This document shows, piece by piece, positions 9,414 to 19,519 of a stretch of 25,195 bases of DNA. The DNA is taken from contig NW_021836328.1 in the NCBI RefSeq assembly GCF_006345805.1, forward strand, positions 1 to 25,195, read 5' to 3'. Each line of letters starts with the position of its first letter. The stretch's first letter is position 1. The notes under the pieces were generated by a model, which was not told the DNA's origin, ran no database searches, and saw only the letters and a list, made by a program, of their open reading frames with translations. The position numbers were made by a program, and so were the translations under genes. The DNA comes from Octopus sinensis. Taxonomy: Eukaryota.

Positions 9414-9818
9414 CATAAATCTAGACGTACATATATGTGTGCGTAAATATATAAAATTAACATTTCGTTATGAACTCCTTTGCTATAAAATGCAGTAGAT
9501 AAATCGGTTAAACTAAAGCGTTACACCATTCAAAGAAACCAAAAAAAAAAATGTGTGTAATAGGTGTAAAACAACTTCCTCTGAACGAATATAAAAAAAA
9601 AATGCGCGCACGCGAAAGGGGACAGCTACTCAAACATTGTGTTTTGATACCAATTAGTTTCAGAAGGGCTCAAAACCTAGTTCGTAGCACTAACACAAAT
9701 CTTGCAATATATATGTACACACACATACGACAAGAAGTAATTTTTGTCTCTTTTTATGGAAACAAAAAGGTTTATAGGACGGCAAAAAAAGAAATGCTCA
9801 AATGTGATTGAGACAGAG

Positions 9819-10953
9819 ATAAAGAAACATTGATCAGAGAACAAACATCAAATTCGTGTCAACGACTTTATATCTAACACCATACCTCCAAACATTTGAT
9901 CGTGTATAAATATTACCAAGGGTCTTAGACATATAAAAATATACATATACAAAAAAATCACAGAAAAGGAAAATATATCTGCAAATAAAATACAAATATA
10001 TAGAAACAGCCTATCAAAAAGGTAAATATGAACGATTAAAAATTCATAAAGATATTCTAAAGCTTGTGATTCTACGAAAAAAACTAAGATAAAGTGAAAT
10101 ATGAATCGACTAAAAATATTAATAAAAAATGTTTTTTTACTCACCTCACCCAAGAGTATGTCCAAAAAGGTTCAATTCTTGGTAAGTTAGAGTCCAGGAG
10201 CAAAAAGAGTTCCACAAAAACTATTCAAACACACCTATGGCCATTTCGGGAGTTCATTGCCGCCGTTCGATTACGTTTGCAGTACAACTCGGCAATGATT
10301 CCCACCCCTCACCAGCAACCCATCACCGGACCAGTCCAAATTTTCTAACACACACACAAAAAAGAAAAAAAAAAGCGAATTATTTCATTGCTAAACATGC
10401 AGGTGGCTGTTGTTGATAGGAATTTAAACTCACCGGTTTCAAATCCCCGTAAAACTAAATATTTACTACATCCACTTTTTACTTCTATTACACTTTCAGA
10501 AAAGTAGAAGAAAACTTATGGTTGCCAAAAGGGATCACCTCAGGAAATTTATTTAAAGTTTTAGGCCCAAAAGACTCTTTTTGCTCCTAGACTCTAACTT
10601 ACCATGGTTCTAAGAATTGAACCTTTTGGACATACTCTTGGGCGAGGGGAGTAAAAAAAAACAACTTTTTAATAAATATTTTTAGTCGACTGATATTTTA
10701 TTTGATCTTAGTTTTTTCGTAGAACGATACGCTTTAGAATATTTTTATGAATTTTTAATCGTTTATATTTACCTTTTTGATAGGCTGTTCTATATATTTG
10801 TATTTATATTTCCCTGTGTTTTTTTGTATATGTATATTTTTATATGTTTAAGAACGATGGTAATATTTATTTATGATCAAATGTTTGGAGGTATGTTGTT
10901 AATTATAAAGTCATTGACCCGAATTTGATGTTCTATGATCAATGTTTCTTTAT
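9819..10953. mobile_element. Fold-back element: ~385-bp inverted arms (9819-10210 and 10574-10953) around a 363-bp spacer
   Basis: The arms align as reverse complements over their whole length (roughly 80-85% by eye); no TSD or ORF found. The repeat is certain, the transposon call is inferred. Confidence 0.65.
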
Positions 10954-10986
10954 ACATACATACATACATATATATATTTCTGTGTG

Positions 10987-11593
10987 AGTGGTTAGGGCAG
11001 CGGACTCGCGGTCATAGGATCGCGGTTTCGATTCCCAGACCGGACGTTGTGAGTGTTTATTGAGCGAAAACACCTAAAAGTTCCACGAGGCTCCGGCAGG
11101 GGATGGTGGTGATCACTCTTACTTCCTGTTTCTGTTGTACCTGTATTTCAAAGGGCCGGCCTTGTCACTCTCTGTGTCACGCTGAATATCCCCGAGAACT
11201 ACGTTAAGGGTGCACGTGTCTGTGGAGTGCTCAGCCACTTACACGTTAATTTCACGAGCAGGCTGTTCCGTTGATTCGGATCAACCGGAACCCTCGTCGT
11301 CGTAACCGACGGAGTGCTTCCATCCGAGGCTCCGGCAGGGGATGGTGGTGATCCCTGCTGTACTCCTTCACCACAAATTTTTCTCACTCTTACCTCCTGT
11401 TTCTGTTGTACCTGTATTTCAAAGGGCCGGCCTTGTCACTCTCTGTGTCACGCTGAATATCCCCGAGAACTACGTTAAGGGTGCACGTGTCTGTGGAGTG
11501 CTCAGCCACTTACACGTTAATTTCACGAGCAGGCTGTTCCGTTGATTCGGATCAACCGGAACCCTCGTCGTCGTAACCGACGGAGTGCTTCCA
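10987..11593 (+). mobile_element. SINE family C dimer (headed unit 10987-11322, headless unit 11325-11593)
   Basis: Both units end cggagtgcttcca; the second restarts at cgaggctccggcagggg. Confidence 0.9.
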
Positions 11594-11719
11594 CTAGAGG
11601 TTGAGAAACCAACTAAGGGATAGTACCTACCCAATATACTGCTGGTAGTGTACCCAATTATTAATACCCTGGCTCTCCGCCAGTTACGAAGAGGAGAGTT
11701 CAAGTTAATCCAATCAAAG

Positions 11720-11828
11720 GAACAGTCTGCTATTGAAGTTAACGTGTGCCAGTGCTTGAGTACTCCACAGACATTCGTACCCTTAACGGAGTACCCTGGG
11801 AGATTCAACGTGACACAGAATGTGACAT
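11720..11828 (-). mobile_element. Old, diverged SINE C/D-type tail
   Basis: aacagtctgct...ttaacgtgtgccagtgcttgagtactccacagac...gtgacacagaatgtgaca is the reverse complement of the C tail. Confidence 0.7.
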
Positions 11829-11884
11829 CGTAAAGATTATTAATTAGCACATCCGTCATATTCAGGACACGTTTGTTTATAACG

Positions 11885-11912
11885 CCCTTGTGGGTAATAA
11901 AGAAATAGGTAC
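11885..11912 (+). mobile_element. SINE family A 3'-terminal stub
   Basis: gcccttgtgggtaataaagaaataggta. Confidence 0.7.
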
Positions 11913-12351
11913 TTAGCCTCGGTGGATCAGCCATACACAAAATTTTAAAATATATGACAAGCCATTATGTTTATACATCAAACCCCATTTATTGCATCTC
12001 ATTAGAATTGACAAGTTATACATACGTTGAAATGTAAAATGCAAAAATCAAAAATATCTCTAATAAACATTAGATTCCAATATATACATAAACAGATTTT
12101 GAAATGCATAAATAAGAAACGTTAAACGTAAAAATGCAAAATGGCCGCTCTATTTGTGTTATTCTTTTCTTTGCTGTGAGCATGCGCAGAAATATACCCG
12201 CTGTGTAAATTTTTAGTGTTTCTTTGCATGGATGTTATGTATGTGTTCATCGATGCGAACAACCATCGCTCAAAAATTTCTCCAATGAAAAATATTTCCA
12301 ATTTCAGGTTGAAAATGCTTCGTATGCTCGAAAACATTTACTTATTCATTC

Positions 12352-12860
12352 ACTAGCACTATCGCCCGGCGTTGCTCGGGGTTTCTTTCGACCCTTTAGA
12401 ATACTCTTTTACTCTTTTACTTGTTTCAGTCATTTGACTGCGGCCATGCTGGAGCACCGCCTTAAATCGAGCAACTCGAACCCGGGACTTATTCTTTTGT
12501 AAGCCCAGTACTTATTCTATCGGTCTCTTTTGCCGAACCGCTAAGAAACGGGGGCATAAACACACCAGCATCGGTTGTCAAGCAATGCTAGGGAGACAAT
12601 CACAGACACACAAACACACACACGCATATATATATATATACACATATATACGACGGGCTTCTTTCAGTTTCCGTCTACCAAATCCACTCACAAGGCTTTG
12701 GTCGTCCTGAGGCTATAGCAGAAGACACTTGCCCAGATGCCACGCAGTGGGACTGAATCCGGAACCATGTGGTTGGTTAGCAAGCTACTTACCACACAGC
12801 CACTCCTGCGCCTCGGAATTTTCGAAAAGTAAAAATTTTGCATTATGTAGCTTGTTATTC
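12352..12860 (+). mobile_element. Possible Helentron/HINE-like terminal fragment (12352-12401 plus 12814-12860), split by a SINE B insertion
   Basis: actagcactatcgcccggcgttgctcggg terminus with a cccg...cggg hairpin resembles HINE-type ends; recognition from memory only. Confidence 0.4.
12402..12812 (-). mobile_element. SINE family B, full length
   Basis: Tail actcttttactcttttacttg through head cactcctgcgcc. Confidence 0.92.
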
Positions 12861-12925
12861 ACCACCGGGAATCGAACTCAAAACGTTATGTTCGTGAGCC
12901 GAATACCCTAACCACTAAGCCACGC
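12861..12925 (-). mobile_element. SINE family D tRNA-like head
   Basis: ggaatcgaactc (B-box on the minus strand)...accactaagccacgc. Confidence 0.7.
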
Positions 12926-12967
12926 AGCATCCTTTTTAGTTAATATATTTTTCTAAGGACACGATGA

Positions 12968-13030
12968 TGACCCCTAGCAAGGGGACCCGAAGTAATTATC
13001 TTTTCTTGGTTCCTTATAAATCCGCCACTG
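12968..13030. mobile_element. Possible end of a non-autonomous DNA transposon (TIR-like TAAATCCGCCACTG)
   Basis: CAGTGGCGGATTTA-type terminus next to gacccct/ggggaccc motifs; no partner TIR found. Confidence 0.25.
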
Positions 13031-13056
13031 GTTGTAGATGATTCTGACGTTGAATA

Positions 13057-13612
13057 AATATTTATTTCTTTATTGCCCACAGTGGGGGCTAAACATAGAG
13101 GGGACAAACAAGGACAGACAAACGGATTAAGTCGATTATATCAACCCCAGTGCGTAACTGGTACTTATTTAATCAACCCCGAAAGGATGAAAGGCAAAGT
13201 CGACCTCGGCGGAATTTGAACCAAGAACGTAGCGGCAGACGAAATACCTATTTCTTTATTACCCACAAGGGGCTAAACACAGAGGGGACAAAGGGATTAA
13301 GTCGATTACATCGACCCCAGTGCGTAACTGGTACTTAATTTATCAACCCCGAAAGGATGAAAGGCAAAGTCGATCTCGGCGGAATTTGAACTCAGAACGT
13401 AGCGGCAGACGAAATACCTATTTCTTTATTACCCACAAGGGGCTAAACACAGAGGGGACACACAAGGACAGACATAGGTATTAAGTCTATTACATCGACC
13501 CAAGTGCGTAACTGGTACTTATTTAATCGACCCAGAAAGGATGAAAGGCAAAGTCGACCTCAGCAGAATTTGAACTCAGAACGTAAAGAGAGACGAAATA
13601 CTGCTAAACATT
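13057..13612 (-). mobile_element. SINE family A trimer with the head truncated
   Basis: Units start at 13057, 13242 and 13412 with the same junction as the other arrays. Confidence 0.9.
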
Positions 13613-13639
13613 CGTATATATGTATGTGTGTGTGTTTGT

Positions 13640-13832
13640 GTTTGTCCCCCCTAGCATTTCTTGACAATCGATGCTGGTGTGTTTACGTCCCCGTCACTTA
13701 GCGGTTCGGCAAAAGAGACCGATAGAATAAGTATTGGGCTTACAAAGAATAAGTCCCGGGGTCGATTTGCTCGACTAAAGACGGTGCTCCAGCACGGCCG
13801 CAGTGTCAAATGACTGAAACAAGTAAAAGAGT
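13640..13832 (+). mobile_element. SINE family B tail module
   Basis: tttgtcccccctagc...gactgaaacaagtaaaagagta. Confidence 0.9.
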
Positions 13833-13998
13833 ATAGGCATGGACTTGAAGACAGACAGATTGGGAGCATATTTGTAGGAGAAGAGCATATATCATTGATG
13901 AGGTCGCGATTGGCAACGAAAGGACTAAACTAATTGATTGTTTAACTCACTGATTAAACGAGGGATCAGTTAATTAGTTGGTCAGTTCATTGACCAAT

Positions 13999-14225
13999 TC
14001 AGGTCAGGTGTGGGAGCGTGCGTTGTCGCAACGCATGGCTGCATTCACAATTTTTCGGTTTACTCCCAGGTCCTCCCCGGGTAACCCGGCGGAGTCCCAG
14101 TCTTGGTCAGACCCCATCCCCGCCAGATATCTCCTCATCTGTCATGGCCATGTGACATGTGGTCGACCAACGCGAACCGTTAAGCCAGCGGGATCCTCAT
14201 TTGACAGAACACGGTAAGCGGGGTT
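13999..14225 (-). pseudogene. 5'-truncated RTE-clade LINE 3' end (ORF C-terminus plus (TGACC)n tail)
   Basis: One minus-strand frame reads NPAYRVLSNEDPAGLTVRVGRPHVTWP*QMRRYLAGMG...IVNAAMRCDNARSHT*, followed by cctga. It resembles the RTE C-terminal GRPxxTW..QM and VxAAxRC...SHT* pattern; the internal stop is compatible with CGA>TGA. Confidence 0.75.
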
Positions 14226-15000
14226 TAATTCGGTAAATCGAAGAACATGGCCAACCAGTCTGAACTGCTGCTCCTAAACCATACAAGTAATAGGACACAT
14301 TCCAATTTCTGAGCAGGATCGTCATGGGTTATTAACCAACTGACTAATAATAATAAAGAAGTGAAATTGAACCAGTGCTTGTGTTTATTATTGGCGCAAT
14401 GAACGTCCCAAGAAACAACAAAATTTGTTTCAACCCAAGACAAGTTCGCATGAAGAATTTTGCAAAGCAAATATTGCTTTGGCTTAAATATTTAAAGGCG
14501 GATTTAATTAGAAAGAATAACAAATTTTACTTTGGAGAATCAAAGATAATATTTTTAATATCAATTTACGCATGGGAAAGAAAACAAATGAATTATGATG
14601 ATGTATCCACGAAGATAATCTTATTATCGACGAACGCTACTTAATTAAGTTCAGATTAAATGCAGCTTAGCAATGAAAAGGTAAAGAAAATATAAGATTT
14701 CTGGGGAGGCGAGGCGTGGGGGGGGGGGATCAAGAGAGTTTTCTGGTGGATTTTTTTTTTCTTGTTTTGTTTACGGGTTCTTTTTTTCACGGCTTATCCC
14801 ACTGTTCTTATAATTCGCAAAATGGTGAGAGCTGAAACGTTCGATATCAGATCAAAAACCTCAAAGGATATAAAAGAAAAAGGTGGGGGTGAGGTGGAGG
14901 CAGGGGGTTGAATGCTTTCGAAGAATTTGTATAATTCTTGCAAAACTGGTTTGGATGTAAGTCCCCCTGAAAGTACTTTAGTAAGATTACAGTGAAACAG

Positions 15001-15458
15001 TGTACAAATAAGTAGCGATCCTTCCCCGTTGTATCGGAATCGATAAAATTAATTTCGTATCGATGATTGCATTCTCAGAATCCGTGTATTGATTTAGGGG
15101 TTGTGGGGTGTAGGGGGACATGATTGGCACTCTGTCGATTACGACCACGAGTGTTCCAGTTAATCCAGTTAATACAATCAACTGAACAGCCTACGAGCGA
15201 AATTAACGTGCAAGTGGCTGAGTACTCCGCGGACATGTGTGCTCTCGATGTGTAGTTCTCAATGAGGCTCGGCGTGACACCGAATGCGACAAAGTCGGCC
15301 ATTTTGAAAAACAGGTACAACTCGATTTTTGCCAGCTGAGTGGAATGGAGCAACGGGGAAATGAAGTGTCCCGCTCAAGGACACGATGCACTACAAGGAA
15401 TCGAACTCACAACGTTCCGATCGTGAGCCAAATGCTCAAACCATTAAACCATGACCTC
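15001..15458 (-). mobile_element. SINE family D (15125-15458) plus 124 bp of extra 3' sequence, flanked by the 13-bp direct repeat tacagtgaaacag
   Basis: Direct repeats at 14988-15000 and 15459-15471; the head abuts the right repeat; the tail is shared with family C. Confidence 0.8.
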
Positions 15459-15516
15459 TACAGTGAAACAGCATTCAAATGAGCACCGATCACTACTATT
15501 GGTTCCCATAAAGTCG

Positions 15517-15909
15517 TAGGAATGGCTGTGTGGTAAGTAGTTTGTTTACCAACCACATGGTCCCGGGTTCAGTCCCACTGCGTGGCACCTTGGGTAAGTG
15601 TCTTCTACTATAGCCTCGGGCCGACCAAAGCCTTGTGAGTGGATTTGGTAGACGGAAACTGAAAGAAGCCCGTCGTATATATGTATATATATATGCGTGT
15701 GTGTGTTTGTGTGTCTGTGTTTGCCCCCTAGCATTGCTTGACAACCGATGCTGGTGTGTTTATGTCCCCGTTACCTAGCGGTTCGGCAAAAGAGACCGAT
15801 AGAATAAGTACTGGGCTTACAAAAGAATAAGTCCCGGGGTCGAGTTGCTCGATTAAAGGCGGTGCTCCAGCATGGCCGCAGTCAAATGACTGAAACAAGT
15901 AAAAGAGTA
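15517..15909 (+). mobile_element. SINE family B, full length
   Basis: A-box-like tggctgtgtgg, B-box-like ggttcagtccc, internal TA/TG tract, tail ending gtaaaagagta. Confidence 0.92.
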
Positions 15910-16029
15910 ATATTTCATATCGAGGACTACATTCGCGGAATCCGTGTAATAATTTAGGGATGGTGGGGTGGTGGAGGAAAGGGGGGGAGTTAATGGGGAG
16001 TACTTAATAACAAAGAGGTATCAGATGCA

Positions 16030-16200
16030 AGTGTAGCTGTGTATGTTGGTTAATAGGGGTCACTTGGTTACCAAGTGATCCTGGGTTCGATCAGGTTGCA
16101 TGCCATCTTGGGTAACTAGGGCTTGTAACTCAGTAGCTTCGGGTTATCCAATGCATTGTCAGTGTATATGGATAGACGGAAACAGTACGGAAGCCTGGTG
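16030..16200 (+). mobile_element. Old, diverged SINE B-like head
   Basis: ctgggttcgatc B-box, catcttgggtaa and gatagacggaaac...gaagcc remnants. Confidence 0.55.
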
Positions 16201-16254
16201 AGTATGTATGTATGTATACACACACATTTACTCATACACACACATATTCCGTGC

Positions 16255-16365
16255 TTTCCGACTATATGGTTCCGGGTTCAGTCCCACTGCGTGGCACCTT
16301 GGACAAGTGTCTTCTACTATAGCCTCGGGTCGCTCAAAGCCTTCTGAGTGGATTTGGTAGACGGA
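16255..16365 (+). mobile_element. SINE family B head fragment
   Basis: atggttccgggttcagtcccactgcgtggcacc...gatttggtagacgga. Confidence 0.85.
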
Positions 16366-16859
16366 ATATTGACAAATTAAATCCTCAACTTCTGAATAAA
16401 GTTCCTATTACACACAAACACACACAGGTGATTATAACTATTTGTCCTTTTCCTTTGCAGTTCCACACACACACACACACACACGTACACACCACACACA
16501 CGTACACACACAAATTAAATATTTATTCTGGTTAGTCTATCAGCAGAACGGCTGAACGTCTTGACAATGGCGACATTTCAGGTGTAAAAAAAGCCGGTGA
16601 TATCGTTTGAAATTTCATCTAATTAGATTGTGTCAGGCATCCATCCAGCTGACTGGTTTTCATCGGAAACTATTTTATAAATTACACTCTGTCGTACGAT
16701 GTTACAAGAGTGACATCTAGTGAGGACTTTCGAGAAATTTTCATTAAACAAGAAATGTAGCCAGCAGGCCGGAAGGCCATTTTGCAGATGATAGTTTTCA
16801 AGTGGACACAGTTTTACAATTCATATCGATTTTTTGGTTTTACGATTTGTTCTTATAGA

Positions 16860-16965
16860 CATGGCTGTGTGGTGAAGAAATTCGCTCTCAAACTACTTGG
16901 TAACGGGTTCAGTTCCACTGTGCAGTACCTCTGGGCAAGTGTCTTTTACTATAGGACCGGGACAA
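16860..16965 (+). mobile_element. SINE family B head, decayed
   Basis: catggctgtgtggtgaag...gggttcagttccactg...ggcaagtgtctt. Confidence 0.75.
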
Positions 16966-16967
16966 CC

Positions 16968-16968
16968 C

Positions 16969-17002
<34 letters not shown>

Positions 17003-17215
17003 CACCACACACACACATATATATATATACACACACACACACACCTATATAATATACACACACACACCATATATAATATATATATATATATTATATATAA
17101 TATATATATACACATATATATATATATTATATAATTAATAAATAAATAAAACATATGCATATATACATACATATATGTACGTACCTACCTCTACATGTAT
17201 ATATACATGCATATA
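16968..17215. repeat. Compound (TA)n/(CA)n microsatellite
   Basis: Direct inspection. Confidence 0.9.
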
Positions 17216-17261
17216 CGGGTACAGGACACCAAAAAAAAAACGTCGAACACAATGAGAAACG

Positions 17262-17804
17262 AAAACATAAACACAAAACCAAGGAAATGGACATTTTTTT
17301 AAAACAACGAAAAAATAGAGTACAGGACATACAAAACAAGGAAAATTCCCCTTCTTCAGTCGCCTTAATTTCATCTACATATATATATATGGTTAATCCA
17401 AACAAGAAAGCACAAAAAAAAACACAACAAAGCGAGGACGTGGAACAAATATAGTATTATTGGACGCTCAGGAAAGAAGGAGGGTTTAACGTTTCGAGCG
17501 GAGCTCTTCGTCGGAAACATAGGAGAAGGAAAGATCCAGAGAAGGGAAGACAGAGGGAAAAAAATCGCCAACGGTACACACGCGGTCACATTTTGAATAT
17601 ATATATATATATGTATGTATGTATGTATGTATATCGTCTGTAGAAATACATAAATCCGGGGGGAGGCCCACGCAGAGTAGATAAAACAGGGGGACAACTG
17701 ATGAAGGGACCGTTCTTTATGTTGCCTGTCTCGTTTCTCTATTTGTTTCTTTCGTTGTTCGAAAAAAAAGGCCATTTTCCATGCTTTTTGTTTTTTTATG
17801 TTCT
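17262..17804. mobile_element. Penelope-like (PLE-derived) non-autonomous composite: diverged inverted arms around a hammerhead-containing core
   Basis: 17262-17361 (minus) and 17697-17804 (plus) are ~70% alike by eye and both start CTGAWGAAGGG; hammerhead at 17484-17518. Confidence 0.5.
17484..17518 (-). ncRNA. Minimal type I hammerhead ribozyme motif (PLE-type)
   Basis: GUUU-CCGACGA-A-GAGC(UCC)GCUC-GAAA-CG-UU^AAAC: 4-bp stem I, 4-bp stem II, palindromic ACGU stem III; carries a U4C substitution. Confidence 0.6.
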
Positions 17805-17879
17805 ATCTATATGATACAGAAATATGATACAGAAGATAGTGTTAGTAGGCACTGCACACACAATATAGACAAATAGATA

Positions 17880-18330
17880 GGCGCAGGAGTGGCTGTGCGG
17901 TTAAGTAGCCTGCTAACCAGCCACATGGTTCCGGGTTCAGTCCCACTGCGTGGCATCTTGGGCAAGTGTCTTCTGCTATAGCCCCGGGCCGACCAATGCC
18001 TTGTGAGTGGATTTGGTAGACGGAAACTGAAAGAAGCCTGTCGTCATATAAGTATATATATATATATAATATATATATATTATATGTGTGTGTGTGTGTG
18101 GGTTGTGTGTGTGTGTGTGTGTGTGTGTTTGTGTGTCTGTGTTTGTCTCCCTAGCCGTTGCTTGACAGCCGATGCTGGTGTGTTTACGTCCCCGTCACTT
18201 AGCGGTTCGGCAAAAAGAGACCGACAGAATAAGTACTGGGCTTACAGAGAATAAGTCCCGGGGTCGATTTGCTCGACCAAAGGCGGTGCTCCAGCATGGC
18301 CGCAGTCAAATGAATGAACCAAGTAAAAAG
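17880..18330 (+). mobile_element. SINE family B, full length with an expanded internal microsatellite
   Basis: ggcgcaggagtggctgtgcgg through gaaccaagtaaaaag. Confidence 0.92.
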
Positions 18331-18748
18331 AAAAAAAAAAGAAAAAAGAAAAATACGAAGTAAAACACGGCACGTACACAAGGCAGAGTTTCGTTCCGTC
18401 TTGTGTAATATGTTCGGATTAAATTCACGAGAAGTGTACGCATCTAGATTACATCGCGATGTAGATTGAATCCACTGAATATCTATCGAACTCATCCTCT
18501 CATTTCTTTAGGGGATCAAATTATTTCCCTACATCCCACCACATTCCTTTACTGTGTTTAAGTATTTATTGTATCGATCTGAGAACTTTAATCAGTTGTC
18601 TTCGTTTGTCAGCCTCCGTTTGGGAATCCTGAAATTTGTAAATCTAATTTAGCTGAGATATTTTAGTAGCAGACGACAAGGAGAGGACGCCATTATCACG
18701 ATTTATCGGATGGCTGTTTATTTGTCGTTTATTTTTTTTTTAGGAATA

Positions 18749-18945
18749 GATTATATGCTGTGTTTTAGGGTCAAAAGATGGAGGAGAAAGAACGAAAGAT
18801 ACAAGGAAGACGAAAAGGAAGAAGATGAAGAAATAATGAATTGAGAGGAAGAAGATTATATGCTGTGTTTTAAGGTCAAAAGATGAAGGAGATAGAACGA
18901 TAGAAAAGGAAGAAGATGAAGAAATAATGAATTGAAAGGAAGAAG
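18749..18945. repeat. Two-copy tandem duplication (105-bp period)
   Basis: gattatatgctgtgtttta.ggtcaaaagatg at 18749 and 18854. Confidence 0.9.
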
Positions 18946-19259
18946 AGGGAAGGAAAAATAGAATGATGAGAAAAAAAGAGGAATAATTGGAGAAGAGGAA
19001 AGAAGGAAAATAAGAGAACAATGACAATGAAGACGACGACGAATTAAAGAACGATTTAGATGAAGGAGAAGGAAGGATACACAGAGAGAGGAGGGAAATA
19101 AATGGATGAGAAAGAAAAAGGGAAAATAAAATAGAACAATAAGGAGGATGAAAACGAGCAAAGTAAAAATAGTGAAGAAGAAAACGGAGAAGATAAAAAT
19201 ACAGTACGAATAAGGTGAAGGAGAAAGAAAGATAGAAAGAAGAGAAGGGTAATGATAAT

Positions 19260-19471
19260 AATAAATAATAATAATAATAATAATAATCCTTTCTATTATA
19301 AGCGCAAGGCCTGAAATTTTGGGGGAGGGGACCGTCGATTACATTGAGACCAGTGCGTAACAGTTACTTAATTTGTTGACCCCGGCACCATTTGAACTCA
19401 GAACATGAAGACAGAGGAAATATCGCTAAGCGTTTCGCCCGGCGTGCTAACGATTCTGCCAGCTCGCCACC
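19260..19471 (-). mobile_element. SINE family A' (family A head, different tail ending (ATT)n)
   Basis: Head ggtggcgagctggcagaatcgttagcacgccgggcg; tail ...aaatttcaggccttgcgcttataatagaaaggattattatt. Confidence 0.85.
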
Positions 19472-19519
19472 TTAATAATAGTAATAATAATAATAATAAT
19501 AATAATATAATAATAAGGA

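Noticed and set aside
10987-11045. tRNA genes at SINE heads (also 17880, 20970, 21841)
   Set aside because: A/B boxes are present, but the heads run into SINE bodies and I could not fold complete cloverleaves.
12137-12190. YY1-like CAAAATGGCCGC and partial NRF1 motif
   Set aside because: Isolated motifs; similar strings occur several times in the window.
14246-14311. MANQSELLLLNHTSNRTHSNF with three N-glycosylation sequons (GPCR-like N-terminus)
   Set aside because: Stops after 21 codons and no transmembrane exon is visible.
16530-16800. Faint piggyBac-like string LVFIGNYFINYTL
   Set aside because: The catalytic Asp is absent, there are multiple stops, and there is no downstream GTxRxNR motif or TTAA-flanked TIR.
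18450-18463. 14-bp perfect palindrome tacatcgcgatgta
   Set aside because: Single short palindrome with no supporting context.
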